DNA from: Azolla caroliniana
Lineage: Eukaryota; Plantae; Polypodiophyta
Direction: 5' to 3'
NCBI GenBank assembly: GCA_043228905.1
Contig: JBHGNT010000003.1
Coordinates: forward strand, 1,116,001-1,180,000
DNA: 64,000 nucleotides
The notes beneath the pieces are model-generated. The model was not told the DNA's origin. It saw only the letters and a list, made by a program, of their open reading frames with translations, and did no database searches. Below, piece by piece: positions 37,801 to 52,091 of the stretch (positions within the stretch are counted from its first letter, which is position 1; every line of letters starts with the position of its first letter). A program made the translations under genes and the position numbers.

Positions 37801-38859
37801 TGAAATCAAGCCCTTTAGAAATCATTATAATGGTGTTCTCTATTATTTAACTCTTATTGTATTACAATCTTAAGCCCACCGGAATCTACTGTATGATGTC
37901 GAGAAATTTTCTCTACTTTATATATCTCAATTTAATGTAATCAAAAGAAGTAAAGGAACTCTTAAGTTGGATTCAATTCCCTAAGGCAACTGTCACTCGT
38001 CAAAACCTACAACCATGTGACATATCCACGAACAAAAAGAACCAACTCTACATATTTCCCAAAATACCCTTCATACACCAACACACACACACACATTCAC
38101 ATATACATAAAATTTACTCACACAAACATACACTTATGCCGACACATTAGCATACACATAGTTATACATATTAATAGACCCGTCCATAGTATTAGGAATC
38201 CGCAACGGTTCGGTTTAGGCTTAGCCGGTTTGACCTTATCCAAGCCAAACCGCTTAAGCCTAAACCGTTTAATGGTTCTCAAACCTGAACCGAACCGATC
38301 CCTAAACCAGTTTGGAATATTGTAACTTGATAGTTTGAAATAGATATTAACATCTCCTAAACGTAAACCTTACATATGGTTATTACCCAATAATATATGC
38401 AATGTTGGAACTCATGGAAGTATTGTATGGGAACAAATATTATTCTCATAAATGGTTAAGTAAAGACAAGTGATGAAGATCAAATAGTATGTTCCAATAA
38501 AAACAACTAAAACACTTAATGCTTTGTTTCACATTTCAATCTCTGAAGAATTAGTGAATTTAATGACGATTGAAACACATTAAAAGGATCAAAATGTCTC
38601 TATAGTACAAACAATACCACGAAAACAAAATCAATGACAAAAATTTAAAGAAAAACAAGACAAATGTCTCTTAGTTTAAAAAGGAAGAGAAAACATAAAA
38701 TGAGAAAAATGTAAATGTTTACTATTCAAAAAATGTAAGAAGTCATCAATTGTCCAAGTTGGTTGTATTCCAACCATTTTCACTTGTCCAAGTACAAGTA
38801 TTCAATAACATCATCATATGCCATCGTCTCTTCTAAATTGATATCTAAACTATTATAAG

Positions 38860-41310
38860 CATCGTTAATATCTTCATGTAGAGGAATATTTACATTGTCA
38901 AGTGAATCTAACCAAGATCGTATGCACATTTCTGCCTTGAAAGTGCATGGATGCATTGTTGTAAAATACTTAGCATAAAATACACGTACAATACGTATTC
39001 TAACTTCTTCTTTTTAAATACTTAGAATACATATTTTATAGATAAAGTACGTTAAATACTTAGAATACGTGTAGAATACTTAGAATACGTTTAGAATACT
39101 TAGAATACATGTAAAATACGTTAAATACTTCTTAAATTTTAAAGTTTTTTTTTTCAAAAAGAAGAAAATATTTTTTGAAATGATAAATACTTGCTAAATA
39201 CGTAGAATACGTCAAATTTTTAGAATACGTGTAGAATACTTCAGAGTATTCTAAAACGTACTCTAAACGCAGAATACGCGTTTTTTAACAACTATGCATG
39301 AATGCAACCAGTGTCTATCTTCAAAGTTATCACGAGCTTCGGAGTTAGCTTCCTCTAATGACACCGATGAAGTTGGAATTGTTAAATAATCACATGCCAT
39401 TTTGTACATCCTTGGAAAAGTAGATGTGTTTTAAACGACCAAAAAAGATAGTGTTAAAATGTGTTTCTTAATTACCAACAATAGCAACAAATGTGTTTAA
39501 TAAAACATGATGCAATATTGATGAAACCTATTGGTAAACCACCAATGTAGAGGGTCAAGTATGGTAGTCTTGGATTGTGGAAGCTTCAAGAAATCTTCAA
39601 TTTCTGACCAAACTGATGACATGAGATTTCTCATTGTTGATACACCAAAACTCCATATATTCAAATTGAGATCCTTCACATTAGGATCATGATATTCCGT
39701 TGTTAAAACAGTTTGCACCAACTCTACATCGAGGTCTCTCTCAATTGGATTTGTTGGTTTTAGAACTCTACATCCAAACATAAGACACTATTAGTAAGAA
39801 AAAAAGATTAAAAAGGGGAAAATTGCAATTAAAAAACATTACCGAGGGTCAAGAAACATTGCGATTCGAGATGGAACAGATTTCAAGGATTCTTGGTACT
39901 TCATTAGGTATTGTAGGCATTTGGTACTAGCCTCATGTTGCACTTGAAGAGTAATCTTCTCAGAGGGTGAATCAACGGAGTTCATATCCATAGATATATA
40001 CTTATTACAATGTGATAATATGTGGTTGAATGCAAGCGCTACTAGTGAGAGGGTAGGGTACTTTGACCCACTCAAATAATTACAAATTTTAGCAAGCACA
40101 AGCAACCATTGTTCCATACTTTGTATATGATTCCAATCTTCTATGAAGAGTGTATGGTCAACGACTCATTAACAATGGCCTTGTCATTCGTGGTACAAAT
40201 CAAGACATCTCTTAACTTTAGGGATTGTTGATACATAATTAGAGTTGAATTCCATCTAGTAATGTAATCTAGACACGAAGGTTCATGTTCCCCATTCTCA
40301 TGCATGGTTTTTGAATATTTTTTAAATATATCTCTACTCACATTACTTGTATGTATAGAATGTAATGTCTTCCTTAGCTTCATAGTAGAAGGATTAATAG
40401 CTTCTAATGTAGACTTTAGACCCAAGTTGATATGTATGTACCATGCATCTTAACATATGTGATGATTGTAAAATCTCTTGTCCAAGATGGCAAAGTAATA
40501 ATTGAGCCAATTCTTTTGATGCAACTAGAGATTCACTAGCACCATTAGAAGTTGTAGATAGAATACGTGAAGAGATATTAAATGACTTTAGATGCGCGAA
40601 TAAAGCTTTTCCGACACGTTTTCCTACCCCATCTCCCAAAAAGACATCTAGAAAGTCTAAGAGCACACTAGTCGGCTTACTAGACTCCAAAGGGACCCAA
40701 TGTAATGTCAATGGGATAAAATCCTTTGAAACTATTATTCATCCACACATCATAAGTTATAGCATATCTAAAACTTTGTGAGGACAAATAATTAATAACT
40801 AAATGACGAAGAACAACATACATTCGTAACACTAATCTTTTAAGTGTACGAGTTGATTTAAGTTGATAATTGGGCAAGACATCATGCATTAATCTTTTAA
40901 AACTAGAAGACTCAATATGTGCATGAGGTAGCATTGATGAAAGTATATAATCTAACAATAGTACTATCAAATTTCTTCTCTTGAGTACGAGATATAGCTA
41001 CTGTAGATGTAGATGCATCTATTTGAGTTTGGACAAGAACACTGCTAGAAGCTTGTGGTTGTGACGTGCTATTACTATTATGCCTATCTAATAAATGCTT
41101 GGCAGTAGAAGTTGTACATGTAGAGCTTGACCATAACAAGTGACAATAAGCACATCAACATTTAGATACATCTTCGTCCTTGATGGTGACCATGTGTTGC
41201 TTGGTCCATGAACTTCTTTTTCTTGTCCTTGATATGATTCTAGGGACGGATACTGATGTTGCGTTTGTGGGTGAAGATAAAAGAGTTATAGCTTGACGAT
41301 CTTCCATGTT
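38860..41310 (-). pseudogene. hAT transposase fragments
   Basis: BED-finger remnant (SSW...TSTAKHL..H), ITYDVWM, ITLHW, RCMVH, ITRWNST, YPTLS, AMFLDPR, DPLHWW. Many frameshifts. Confidence 0.85.
38954..39296. mobile_element. MITE nested in the hAT transposase 3' region
   Basis: Termini CATTGTTGTAAAA / TTTTAACAACTATG, 8-bp TSD CATGGATG/CATGAATG, internal TAGAATAC repeats. Confidence 0.7.
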
Positions 41311-42399
41311 TATGTATGTACCTATACATAAATTTAAAAAACATAGAATAATCAATAAAAATAAGACAAAAAAAATTTGAACAATAAATGAAATTGGGTG
41401 CTTGAAATGGATTCAAATATAGGGACTTGAAGATTCATTGGAGCTTTTAGGTCATTCTATGAAGTATGTGATCATGTTGTGTGTCTTAATTCTAGGCACC
41501 AAGTTCATTTGAATTCATGATTGCAAGCAGTGGTAATCAAATCTTGCATGAAACATAACACAACAGTAATCAAACCTTGCATGCAAGCATTGAATACAAC
41601 ATGAAGCATAACACATTAGTTGTTGTGTTGCAACAATATCTCGTGGAAAGTAGATACATATTTGGATTTGGGACAAGTTTTGAAACCAGACTCTTGGGCA
41701 TTCATGTAATTTGTGCCAGCTTCCATGGGATTGATGCTGATCTGGCAAAAATCATAGTATAGAATTCCTAAATGCAGGTTCAAGGATTAGAAATGGCGAT
41801 TGGGTCTTAGAGTAGAAACAGTAAAGATGCAAAGACAAAAGGCGAAGTTGAGACAGGAATGTATAAATCTTGCAGAAACAACAAGCACAAAGGAAGAGAG
41901 TGGCAATGAGAAGTTGACGCAAGGATGCAGGTCTGGTGAAAACAATGAAATGCAGAAATGTACTTGAAGAGACGTTCTATACATAGAGAAGGTCAAGAGA
42001 CGAAAATTAAAATGGAGCTAATTGTGAATCTGTATATTAGTTGAAAGGAGGAGGCCAAGAGATTCAATTGGGTAACACAATAAAGTCTAAGCAGAGAAAT
42101 TAAATGCAGATCTTGGCAAGAACAAGAAAGCTTCCATCTTGTCTAATAATTGTAATTTTGCACAAAGAGTTACTACAATGACAAGACAAAAACTACTATA
42201 TTCCATTTTCTGCATTTTATGTTAGCAATGAGCATGTACTCAGTAACTGGGGGTCGGTAATCGGCTTAACTGGTTTGGCAAAGCTCAAGCCAATCTCAAA
42301 CCATTTAACCAGACTCAAGCCAAAGCTGAACGAGCCGACTCCCGAGCCGTTAAACTGGTAAACCAGTTTAAGCTTGAGCCGAGCCATTGCCGATTCCTG

Positions 42400-42625
42400 C
42401 ATAGTACGTAATATACTCGAATGCGTATATTATCAAAACATTCTTTATGGTTTTTTTTTTTACACTTTTTACCTTAACTTTCTTACCTTAAAATATTTTT
42501 TACCTTATAAATTATAATAAATAATGAATATAAAAGTATGGCATTTACCATACTTCGAGGGTGTTTAGCATACTCGAATTATTAAAACATTCGAGAATGC
42601 GAATGCACGTATGGTTCGTACTATG
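42400..42625. mobile_element. MITE with CATAGTACG...CGTACTATG termini
   Basis: Terminal inverted repeat; an inverted homolog lies at 46143-46373. Confidence 0.6.
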
Positions 42626-42654
42626 GGTCACCTGTCCTCCACACGTTATACATG

Positions 42655-42828
42655 AACATACATACATATGTAAATACAATGTACATACACCACACATACA
42701 TACATACATAAATACATACACATACATACATACATACATACATACATACATACATACACATACATACATACATACATACACATACATACATACATACATA
42801 CACATACATACATACATACATACATACA

Positions 42829-42860
<32 letters not shown>

Positions 42861-42862
42861 CA
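42655..42862. repeat. (TACA)n microsatellite
   Basis: Direct inspection. Confidence 0.95.
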
Positions 42863-43288
42863 CGGACACGCACGCACCACTTCTTCTCAATCCCTGTGTG
42901 TCCATGAGAAAAACTATTCTATCATCTTCTCCTTCATGAGTCTGCAAAGGGTTAAAGTAATACTCTCGAGTCTCACCTATTCACAGGCTTACTGCTTGCG
43001 AATTTGTTCGGCATTGTATGGTTTAGATAATTAAAGCAGGAGGAGGAAGATCTTCTCCATTATATCTTCGTTAGCTAATACATACCACAAGTGTGTTTTG
43101 TTATTTCTGAATTCTCAAGTCATTAACTGCACAGAAAGAAATCATTGTTTGTGAATCTATAAACAAGTATCTCATTAATTAGTAAGGTGCCTGAATACAT
43201 TACACAGAAAGAAATCATACAGTTTGGGTGGTTCTAAATCTGTTATTGTTCCAAAAGATTAGAAACAATATTAGTGAAGGAAATTGAA

Positions 43289-44976
43289 TCATGCAATGCG
43301 AGGCTCAAGGAGGATGGGAAGCCCCTTCACAGGTAATGGCATGGGATCCACCACCATAGCCTCGTTAGGGTCCCTGAGGATCCATGAGAACTGAGTGACC
43401 AGGCGATGGATGATAATTAGGATTTCCATTCGTGCAAACTCATTGCCAGGACACATCCTTGGCCCCCCACCGAATGGGACGAATGTGTATGGAGCTGGGC
43501 CTGCTCCTTCGAAGCGCGACGGATCGAACTTCTCTGGCTCCTGGAAATACTTAGGGTTCCGATGAGTCGAGTTGGGAGACCACAAGATCTGCGCCCAAAA
43601 CCAAAAGAAATGCATGTATGTATGGATCAACTGAGCTATAATAATAGGCTCTATTTGAATGTCTCAGAGAAAGTAAGATATGTGACACACCTTCCATGAT
43701 TTTGGGATCCTACACCCATCGAAGCTCATATCTTCATGTGCCAATCTGAATGACCCCTGCAGCGGCGGCACCAGCCTCATCGATTCCTGAACTACTCTCC
43801 ATGAAAGCTTCATCTTCTGTATATCCCCCCAGTTCAAATTCTCACCGGGGGCTTTGCTTGCTCCGATCTCCTTGTTCTCTGACCACAAAAACAAAGGGGC
43901 GGTAGGAATAAGCATGCATCATCATCAACAGACAATGAGGCATGCACATATTGGCTTTTCATTCCTAACAGATAATGAGTGGCAACAAACAAACCTCTGT
44001 AAACCTCATCCATTATATTTGGATTAGATGCAAGATATTTGCAGGCCATGGTGGCCACAATGGAACTGGTATCATGGCCTGCAAAGAGCAACATGAGGAT
44101 GTTGTCCTTCACCTCCTTGTCAGACAAAAATTGACCATGCTCATCTGTATATGTGAGAAGTTTGGAGAGTGTGTCTTGATGCTCCGTGACCAAGCCACCA
44201 TCAATATGTCTCCTTCTCTCATCGATCCATCGCTGCAAATGTTTTCTTATCACATCAGACGCAGCGAGGGCTTTATTATATCTCGTTCCCCGAATGTTTA
44301 TCGGTATCTGCATGACGCCTTTCATCATGGTGTTGAAGGGAAGGAGGAGCATATCTCGATCTTTTGCATCCCGCTGACCGATGAGAACTTCGCAAGCTAT
44401 GGTGAATGTGAGCTTCTTCATTAGGGGGAAGAGAAGGACATCAGATTTGCCATGGAGATGCTCCCTAATGAACCTGAGCATGATGAGATCGACACCAGTG
44501 GTGTATGTTTGCAGGGATTCGGGCCGCAAGAACATCATGAGGGCATTCCGTATGCGCGTGGCATGAGGTCCGACCTGCCCAGCAAGGGCTTTGGATCCAA
44601 CAATGGAGATAATGCTAGCAGGCCAAGCTGTATAGCTGTTGGAGAAGGCTGCCTTGTTACCCATAGGGCTAGCCAGGACCACTGTCGGGGAAGTGACTAA
44701 GCTCGTCTTGAAGGTCTCTCCGTAGGCCGAGATGCGGTCATCGAAGAATTTCCACGGGATCCCTTCCCGCTGTGTTCTCAGATACTCTAGGGTTTCACCG
44801 ATGAAAGGAAGCCCGAAACGGCCCGGGGGTAATGGCAGCTTCTTCTCTTGCTGGAGCTTGTTCTTCTGGCTTGAGGGTCTCCATAGCCGATGCAGCGCTG
44901 CTATGAGGAGCAGTAGAGGCACAGTGACCCCAAGGATGAACTCTACAGGGATGGTACAGTAGGTGAAGAACGCCAT
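43289..44976 (-). CDS. Cytochrome P450, CYP85 clan (CYP716-like), intact, ~489 aa
   Basis: Exons 44976-43995, 43878-43691 and 43588-43289 (GT-AG, in frame, 1470 nt). N-terminal [46 protein letters not shown]. Confidence 0.93.
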
Positions 44977-45729
44977 AGCCAAGCTTCACAAGTGGTAATT
45001 CTTCTTCTTCCTCCAGCTCCAATGTTAAGGATGAGAGTAACTGACAGCTTCTCAATTCTGATACTTGAAGCTTTAACAAATCAAATGGGCTCCATCTTCT
45101 TCTTCAACTAAAGATAAGATTAACAGCTTCTCAATTCAGATGCTTGAAGCTTAAACAAATCAAATGGGTTTCTTCCTTGTTCCTTGTTCCTTGTTCCTTT
45201 TTCTTCTTCTTCTTCAATTAATGCTTGGCCAATGGAGTGAGCAGAGTACAATGAGACATTGTAGCTGAAGTGAAAAAGTGTGTCTGCAATATTCTCTCAT
45301 ATGTCTCCATCATCTCTTTTTCCAAAGAAGGCTATGTAGATGAAGGATGGTATTGTTTTGGAGGTTATTTATTAGGCCACAAGGTTACATGGACATGGTC
45401 GACATGTTCGACCATGATTCTCTTGTGCGCGACATATTTGTGTGTGTGTGTTGTCGGTCCATAAGTTTGCAATGACCATAAAAGACTTGGGCTAGGTTGG
45501 TGCTAAGTAGGCTCTAGTTTTGTGGATTGGGTTGTCCCATTTCGCTTACGCCACTTGAAGGTGTTGGGCCTACTTTAGTAGATAAGCTTTGTCTCCATGG
45601 CTACCATCAAATATGAAAACATTGTACATATCCCAATTGTGTGTGTGTGTGTGTGTGTGTGTGTCTCTCTCTCTCTCTCTTTGCTTGGTGGTTTACACTA
45701 TAGCATCAAGGTCAAATTATTTAAAGAGC

Positions 45730-46373
45730 CATAGTTCTAACCATATGAACCATACATACCATACGTGCATTCGCATTTGCGAATGGTTCAATCATTCGAC
45801 TATGGTAAACACCCTCAAAGAATGTTAAATACCATACTTTTGGATTAACTATTTATTATGAGGTAAATAAACCTAAAAAAAGGAAAAAAACATTTTCAAA
45901 AAGGGGAAAAAAACAAAAAAAAAAAAACACAAGAATACGTAAAATTCGTGTTCGTCTAGCATAACATTCATTTTCCTACGTTGAAAAACGAATGCAAATG
46001 TTATTTAAACATTCTTGCGTTTTTTTCCTTTTTTTAGGTTTATTTACCTCGTAATAAATAGTTAATCGAAAAGTATGGTATTTATCATTCTTTGAGGGTG
46101 TTTACCATACTCCTACCATTCATGCATGATAGTTCTATGCCGCATAGTATGAAGCATACGCACCATTCGTACATTCGCATTCTCGAACAGTCTTGTAATT
46201 CGAGTATGAAAAACACCAAGTATGGTAAATACCATACTTTTGCACTCATTATTTATTATAAGGTAAACAATGTTTAAAAAAACACAAGAATGTTATGAAT
46301 AACATACACATTCGTTTGCAAATGTATGGAAAACGAATGTTTGGGCTAACGAACGCGAATATTACGTACTATG
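45730..46373. mobile_element. Two adjacent CATAGT...CTATG MITEs (45730-46139 and 46143-46373) upstream of the P450
   Basis: Shared CATTCGCATT and TACCATACTTTT motifs with the 42400-42625 copy. The first copy is internally palindromic. Confidence 0.55.
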
Positions 46374-48044
46374 GAACTTCTATCCTTACCATGGTATAGA
46401 CCCCATCTCATAGGTCGCAATCGATCTTCCATGGATGTTTTCACACACAATTCCCTATACACACAGAGTTGAGGATATCTCTATATGGCCAACATAACCG
46501 TTGTCTACACTATGTTCTAAGGCAAGCCAAGGTTACTCCTATAATAAAGTGTCCCATAGAGCTCATTTGTGAAAACTAGTAACTCAAATTTCATTAGAGC
46601 CTATGTGCAATTGCAGTCTATTCTCTATTTGAGATCATCAAACATCCACACAACTAACACATTTTTTGTTGCTTTGCTTTGATCGACAACCCTCAACACC
46701 ACGATATTCAAGCACTATTTTATATAATGGTGCGGGTGAATCTCTCAATCTCTACCTGAAATGCCACTAATATGATAATTATAGTTTCTTGTCAATAATA
46801 AACCCGAGGCTTACCTAACTAATCTTCTAGAGATTGTAAATGGTGCCATCCTCATCATCGTAAGAAAGAGTCCCAAAAGTGTGATAATTTTAAAGACACC
46901 ACCAAATTTGTCGAGCATTGCCCTCCAAAGAAAATGTTTTGCATGGAATGGAAGAAGAGATTTACATCCTATATCTAACACCTCACATATTTAATGCAAG
47001 GCCTAAAGCCTAACATGTATCAACACATAGCAATAGGCAATCATTTAATTCGAGCTAGAACCAAACCATGGTTGAATTGTCTAATAGCTTAAACGGTTTG
47101 ACTTGGTTTGGTTTAAGCTCCATAATGAGATAATTTAGGGGGATCATACATTATTACAATATCTATAAAAACTGTGGTTCTTCTTCTTCTTGAGGACAAT
47201 TTTTTCCATATAATCTACACTAAAGTTCTTAAGCCACCTCTACTCTTGCAATTATTCAATTTATAATGAAGTAATGGATTTCCCTTTTTTCTCCTTTTGA
47301 ATGCAAAATTTCACTTTAATTTATGTTGAGCATTCTAGTGTATCGTCTTCATAATCATCATGATTATTTTCGTCATTATCAACTTCATTTACTTATTCAT
47401 CATTATCACATTATGCTCATCATAATGTTATTTATCTTATTTCCTGGTCTCAAGAGCCCTATAGTCTCTCTCCCCATCTCACATGCACATTTAGATAACC
47501 TCGCCACTATTGATTTCACTATTGTTCATCGAATATTGTTCCATTTTAGAAAATTTGAATAAAGATTCATTGAACAAAACATAATCACTATGGATTACAC
47601 TCTGCAATACATGTTCATTAACTATAGATATCACTTCCTCTTCTTGGACCCAGACCTTCTCACAATGTTGGAAGTTGGAACTTGAAGATCAAATGCTTAA
47701 TAAACCAATGTTGCATTTTATATCTAGAGATCGACACCCCAACTTTTTCAAGAAAGTTTCCTAATTTAATATTATGTGAAAATCTAATGTGAAAACCATT
47801 GTGACATTCGTGTATTTATTACATTTGGTAATTGGAAATCATCAACTTAAAAAATGTTAAAAAAACTACATGTTTTAGATTTTTACGAACTTGTTAAATC
47901 GTAATAAATTATTTGTGATTTTCTTAGATTTAATTACATTATGTATTTGAAATCATCAACTTTAAAAATATTGATTAAACTTAATGTTTGGATTTCTATA
48001 ACTTGTTAAATGTTAACTATATAGGAGACTTTATATGGTTTGAA

Positions 48045-48157
48045 GAACATGTAATATTAGTGTATCAAGTTTCTCTATATAACCCAAAATTGTATAATTG
48101 TAGAAGGAATCTAAACGTGGAATGCATGATCCTTCCACTTGTGAACGTGAACGTGTT
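48045..48157. mobile_element. Orphan right end (TIR plus subterminal) of an element-A-type transposon
   Basis: 48122-48157 ATGCATGATCCTTCCACTTGTGAACGTGAACGTGTT matches TIR 27282-27317. The upstream ~80 bp resembles 27205-27281. Confidence 0.8.
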
Positions 48158-48861
48158 AATAATGAGCCACTCGAATTTGTGGAAAGTTTCAAATATCTTG
48201 GACTTGAAGTTCATTCAAATCATAGATGGAATGAATGTGCTAAACTCCGCTCAAAGGCGGGAAAGAGAGCATATTATGCATTTGAGAACACATGCAATCA
48301 TGTAGATATTAAGTGTTGGATCCTCAAGAAATACCTTTTTGACAGTTTGGTGACACCGGTGCTTCTCAATGGGATGGAAGTATGGGGTGGTGGCATCCCT
48401 AAATCTACTTGCAAAGAGTTTAAAAATGTCTAAAACCATTCAGACCATTGCTTCCATACAACTTAGCTCACATGCATTGCGATGTGAGGTGGGGCGTTGG
48501 GGCACAAGTAGGGATCGGCAATGGTTCGGTTTAGGCTTAGCCGGTTTGGCTTGATCCAAGCCAAACTGGCTAAGCCTAAATCGTTTATGGGATCTCAAAC
48601 CTAAACCGAACCGAACCGGTTTAGGCTAAACCGGTTTGTGAACCGGCTTGGAAACCTCCCTCCCTCCCTCCCTCTCTCTCTCTCTCAGATGATCCACTAT
48701 ATACTATATAGTATACATTGTAGAAGCTCTCCCTCCCACTCTCTCTCTCACGTCTGTGGTCTCGATTCTCTCCCTCTCTCTCTCTCCCCCCTTTGTGTAG
48801 TCTCTCTCTCTCTCTCTCTCCCCTCTGTGTAGTCTCTTTCTCTCTCTCTCTCTCCCCTATG

Positions 48862-48900
<39 letters not shown>

Positions 48901-49195
48901 CTTATCTGTTGTTTCCCTCCCTCCCTCTCTCTCTCCTCGTCTGTGTAGTTCTCCCTCACTCACTCTCTCTCTCCCCCCCTCTCTCTAAAGTTTATAAACG
49001 GCTTAAACAACTTGAGCCGGTTTGGCGAGGCTCAAGCCAAGCCGAGTTGACCTCAAACTGTTAAGGCAAATTCAAGCCTAAGCCGAGCTGAACCGCTAAG
49101 CTAGCTAAGCCAAACGGTTTAGGCTTGAGCCGAGCCATTGCCGATCCCTAGGTAGAAGTGATGAGAGCAGTTGAATATGCACATTTTGCGTGAAA
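48158..49195 (+). mobile_element. LINE (non-LTR) RT C-terminal fragment interrupted by a MITE
   Basis: NNEPLEFVESFKYLG...AGKRAYYAF...LFDSLVTPVLLNGMEVWG and LSSHALRCEVGRW. Confidence 0.8.
48509..49150. mobile_element. Non-autonomous hAT MITE, same family as 38193-42399
   Basis: TIR TAGGGATCGGCAATGG / CCATTGCCGATCCCTA, imperfect 8-bp TSD GGCACAAG/GGTAGAAG, CT microsatellite core. Confidence 0.85.
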
Positions 49196-49204
49196 CAAGT
49201 TTGA

Positions 49205-49800
49205 GTTTCTCTAGCTCTGGGAAATACTTAGGGTTTCGATGAGTTGAGTTGGGAGACCACATTATCTATGCCCAAAAAATGCATGTATGGATCAACTGAT
49301 TTTGGCATCCTTTTGAATGTCAGAGAAGTAAGAAGCTATAAAAGTTAAGAATAAGAGTAAAAGCTTCTCAATTCTGATACTTCAAGCTTTAACAAATCCA
49401 ATTGGCTTCTTCTTCTTCAATTAACGATAAGACTAACAACTTCTCAATTTTGATGTTGTAAGCTTAAGCAAATCAAATGGCCTTCTTTCTTCTTTCTTCT
49501 TCTCCTTCTTCAATAATTAATACTTGGCCAATGGAGTGTGTAGAGTACAATGAGACATCGTAGCTGAAATGGCTGCAATAGTCTCTCATATGTCTCCATC
49601 ATCTTTTTCCAATATTCCAAAGAAAGGATAGTATTGGTTTGGAGGTGCACTATTAAGCCCAAAAGGGACATGGTCACATGGACAAGGTCGAAATGCTCGA
49701 CCATGATTCTCTTGAGCCCGACACGTTTGTGATGACCATGTAAGGCTTGGCCTAGGTTGGTACTACGTAGGCTCGACACATGTGGATAGGGTTGTCTCAT
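49205..49800 (-). pseudogene. P450 paralog remnant (5' flank fused to intron 2 / exon 3 start)
   Basis: 49215-49330 matches 43540-43680 and 49360-49800 matches 45045-45540. Exons 1-2 are missing. Confidence 0.75.
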
Positions 49801-50515
49801 GTATCTAACTCAATTTTTGTGGACAGGTCTTAGGCCTACCCTTGTATGACACCTAAATTTACACATGTTGTTAACGATTAATCCAACTAGCATCAAAGTC
49901 TATGTAGTGATGTGGCGGGATCAAAGGTAGAGAAGTGACCAAAAGGAGGTAGAAAAATGGCTAAAAGGAGGATAAGGAATGGAGTGAAAGTTTCTGCGAA
50001 AAAGTAAGAGAGAGAAAATGTGTAGCAAGTCGGAAAAAAGGGGCACTAGGCCATTCAATCTAAAAGTTACTTAAGAACAACTAAAAGTGACTTTAAGATC
50101 AAATAGAAGTGAATGGTCTAACCACTAGGCCATTCAATCTAAATGAGGCACCTCTCTACCTATAAATTATTTAATGCAAATGAGGCGCTTCCTTGCCTAT
50201 AAAAGGAGGGAGGAGAGCTTATTTTAGGTCCTTCATTCTCGGCTTTTGGTGATTTTCTTTGGCGGGTTTGGGAGCTTGGGAGTGTTGGAATGCCTTCTTC
50301 ATTTTCTAACACCCAGTTTGTTGCTTGAAACCTAAACTTTGAGAATATCGGTGTCGATCGCTTGCAACTTTGCACCTCCTTTGCAACGACATAAAAGTGA
50401 AGAAATTGACAACCAATTTGGGCAAGTAGAACAAATTTGAGGACACTTAGTGACATCTATGATATAACTAAGGACGAGGTGCTTTAGAAGCCAACATGTC
50501 ACTTTTGTTCACAAT

Positions 50516-50955
50516 TGTAAAGAATAAGATATGATTCTATGTAGCGGAAGAGATGTGTGTTATGTGTGAGAGAAAAGAGAAAAGCGAAGAGGAGAGAGAC
50601 ACAAAATAAATAAGAGGAATGAAGTACTCGAGAAGAATATGTATATTAACAAGGAGAATAATTAGTACAAAAATGTAGCAATACAAGGAGCAACAACAAA
50701 CACTTTATGAAGTAGGCGGAGGGTGCTTTATATAAGGTCACCCTCTCTCTTCATTAACGCCCACTCTCTCTTGGGGAATGTGGAGACTCATTAGTCATGG
50801 GGAATATGGAACTCATTACTTATGTGTCATAGAATATGATTCTATGCCACGTAGTTCATGTGTAGAGAGTAGTGGTGACTTTTGACCTTTGAGTGGTCAT
50901 AGGTTTTCAAAGGGTGTGTTCATACACTAGACTAGGTTTAGCTTGATTCTCAACA
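50516..50955. mobile_element. Probable copia solo LTR
   Basis: TGTAAAGAAT...TCTCAACA termini similar to the LTR at 5067-5505. Confidence 0.5.
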
Positions 50956-51136
50956 ACAATATACTGGCCAAGTTTGATATGGTTAAGTGTTCTCCAATCT
51001 TCACTCCGCTTATCATACCATGACATTCCTCGTCTCATGATTCACCATATACAACTAAAGGATCCCTCTCAATCCACCTCTGACTTGTATTTCTATTTGC
51101 ATATTATGTCATTTCATGGAGAACTAAGAAACACGT

Positions 51137-52091
51137 TGTCCTGAAGATCCGTCACTACGCGCGGATCATGAGGCGGAACCGCCGGGGTTCTAGACCAGAA
51201 GGACTTGAAGTTGGCGCAAGCTTTAGCGAGAAAGTACTTAAGCTAGATTGAAAGAGAGAAATTGAGAATAAACACTTGACTTTCAATTGAGAGAGATTGA
51301 TTGAACTTTTACCTTTAGATTTAAGAAACAAGTTACACAATCAATTCGATAACGAATTTTCTTGTTCTTAATTTCATAACCCAAAAGAGCCTAACCTTTC
51401 TTCTTTTTCATCCCTTCTTTTATAGATGCTCTCATGCATATGATGCATGTGAGGGTACAAGACATGCATAAAATGCATGTTTGCCATTTGGCGCTCATGT
51501 ATTACATGTGGTGCATGATAACCATGTCACTATTTTAGATCTCATGTATGTGAATTTACATGTAAAAGTACAATAATAGAAATATAAATTTAACTAAATG
51601 TCATGGCAATCCTACTGACTCTTAACTAGGAGGTGCAAGGTTTGAATCCTTACTTGCCATCCTTGTATATATATTTATTTATTTATTAACTTGGTCATCG
51701 GATATCGGATGCCGATCGCCAGTTATCGTCCAGTTCCGTTTTGGTTGGCCAAAACCTTTACGAGTGGCTAGGCCACCTCCACTCTTAGTTCAACACAAAG
51801 ATAATAACTTTTGCTCTACCTTATATATGGTGAGAGCCTTATTCGTCATGTCTATGTGGGATATCTCACAATTTTCTCTTTTTCTTTCGCAACTTCTTAC
51901 CCACATAAGTTGACACTTAGATATCTGTTTCTTATGTAGTAAAGTGCATCTCTTCAAGATCTTCGTCTTTTGTACTAAGATATTAAACTTACTTAGATTT
52001 AGTATATTCACTATTATTGTTTTATATGATTGACACTTGATTTCATACATCTTATGTGATTTTCACACCATTGCCGAAAATCTTCACGACG
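51137..52091. mobile_element. Solo LTR, inverted homolog of 21973-23053
   Basis: Extensive reverse-complement similarity and a 4-bp TSD ACGT on both sides. Confidence 0.88.

Larger units (their letters stand above)
38193..42399 (-). mobile_element. hAT DNA transposon, decayed autonomous type
   Basis: TIR TAGGAATCCGCAA / TTGCCGATTCCTG, AACCG/AAGCC subterminal repeats, 8-bp TSD CATAGTAT/CATAGTAC. Confidence 0.88.

Noticed and set aside
42545-43034. ORFs rich in YVCM/HTYI
   Set aside because: Translation of a (TACA)n microsatellite.
43975-44962. Plus-strand ORFs antisense to the P450s (also 1664-2320 and 54192-55398)
   Set aside because: Shadow ORFs of real minus-strand coding exons.
48621-49064. 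ER/LS-rich ORFs
   Set aside because: Translation of a CT microsatellite inside a MITE.
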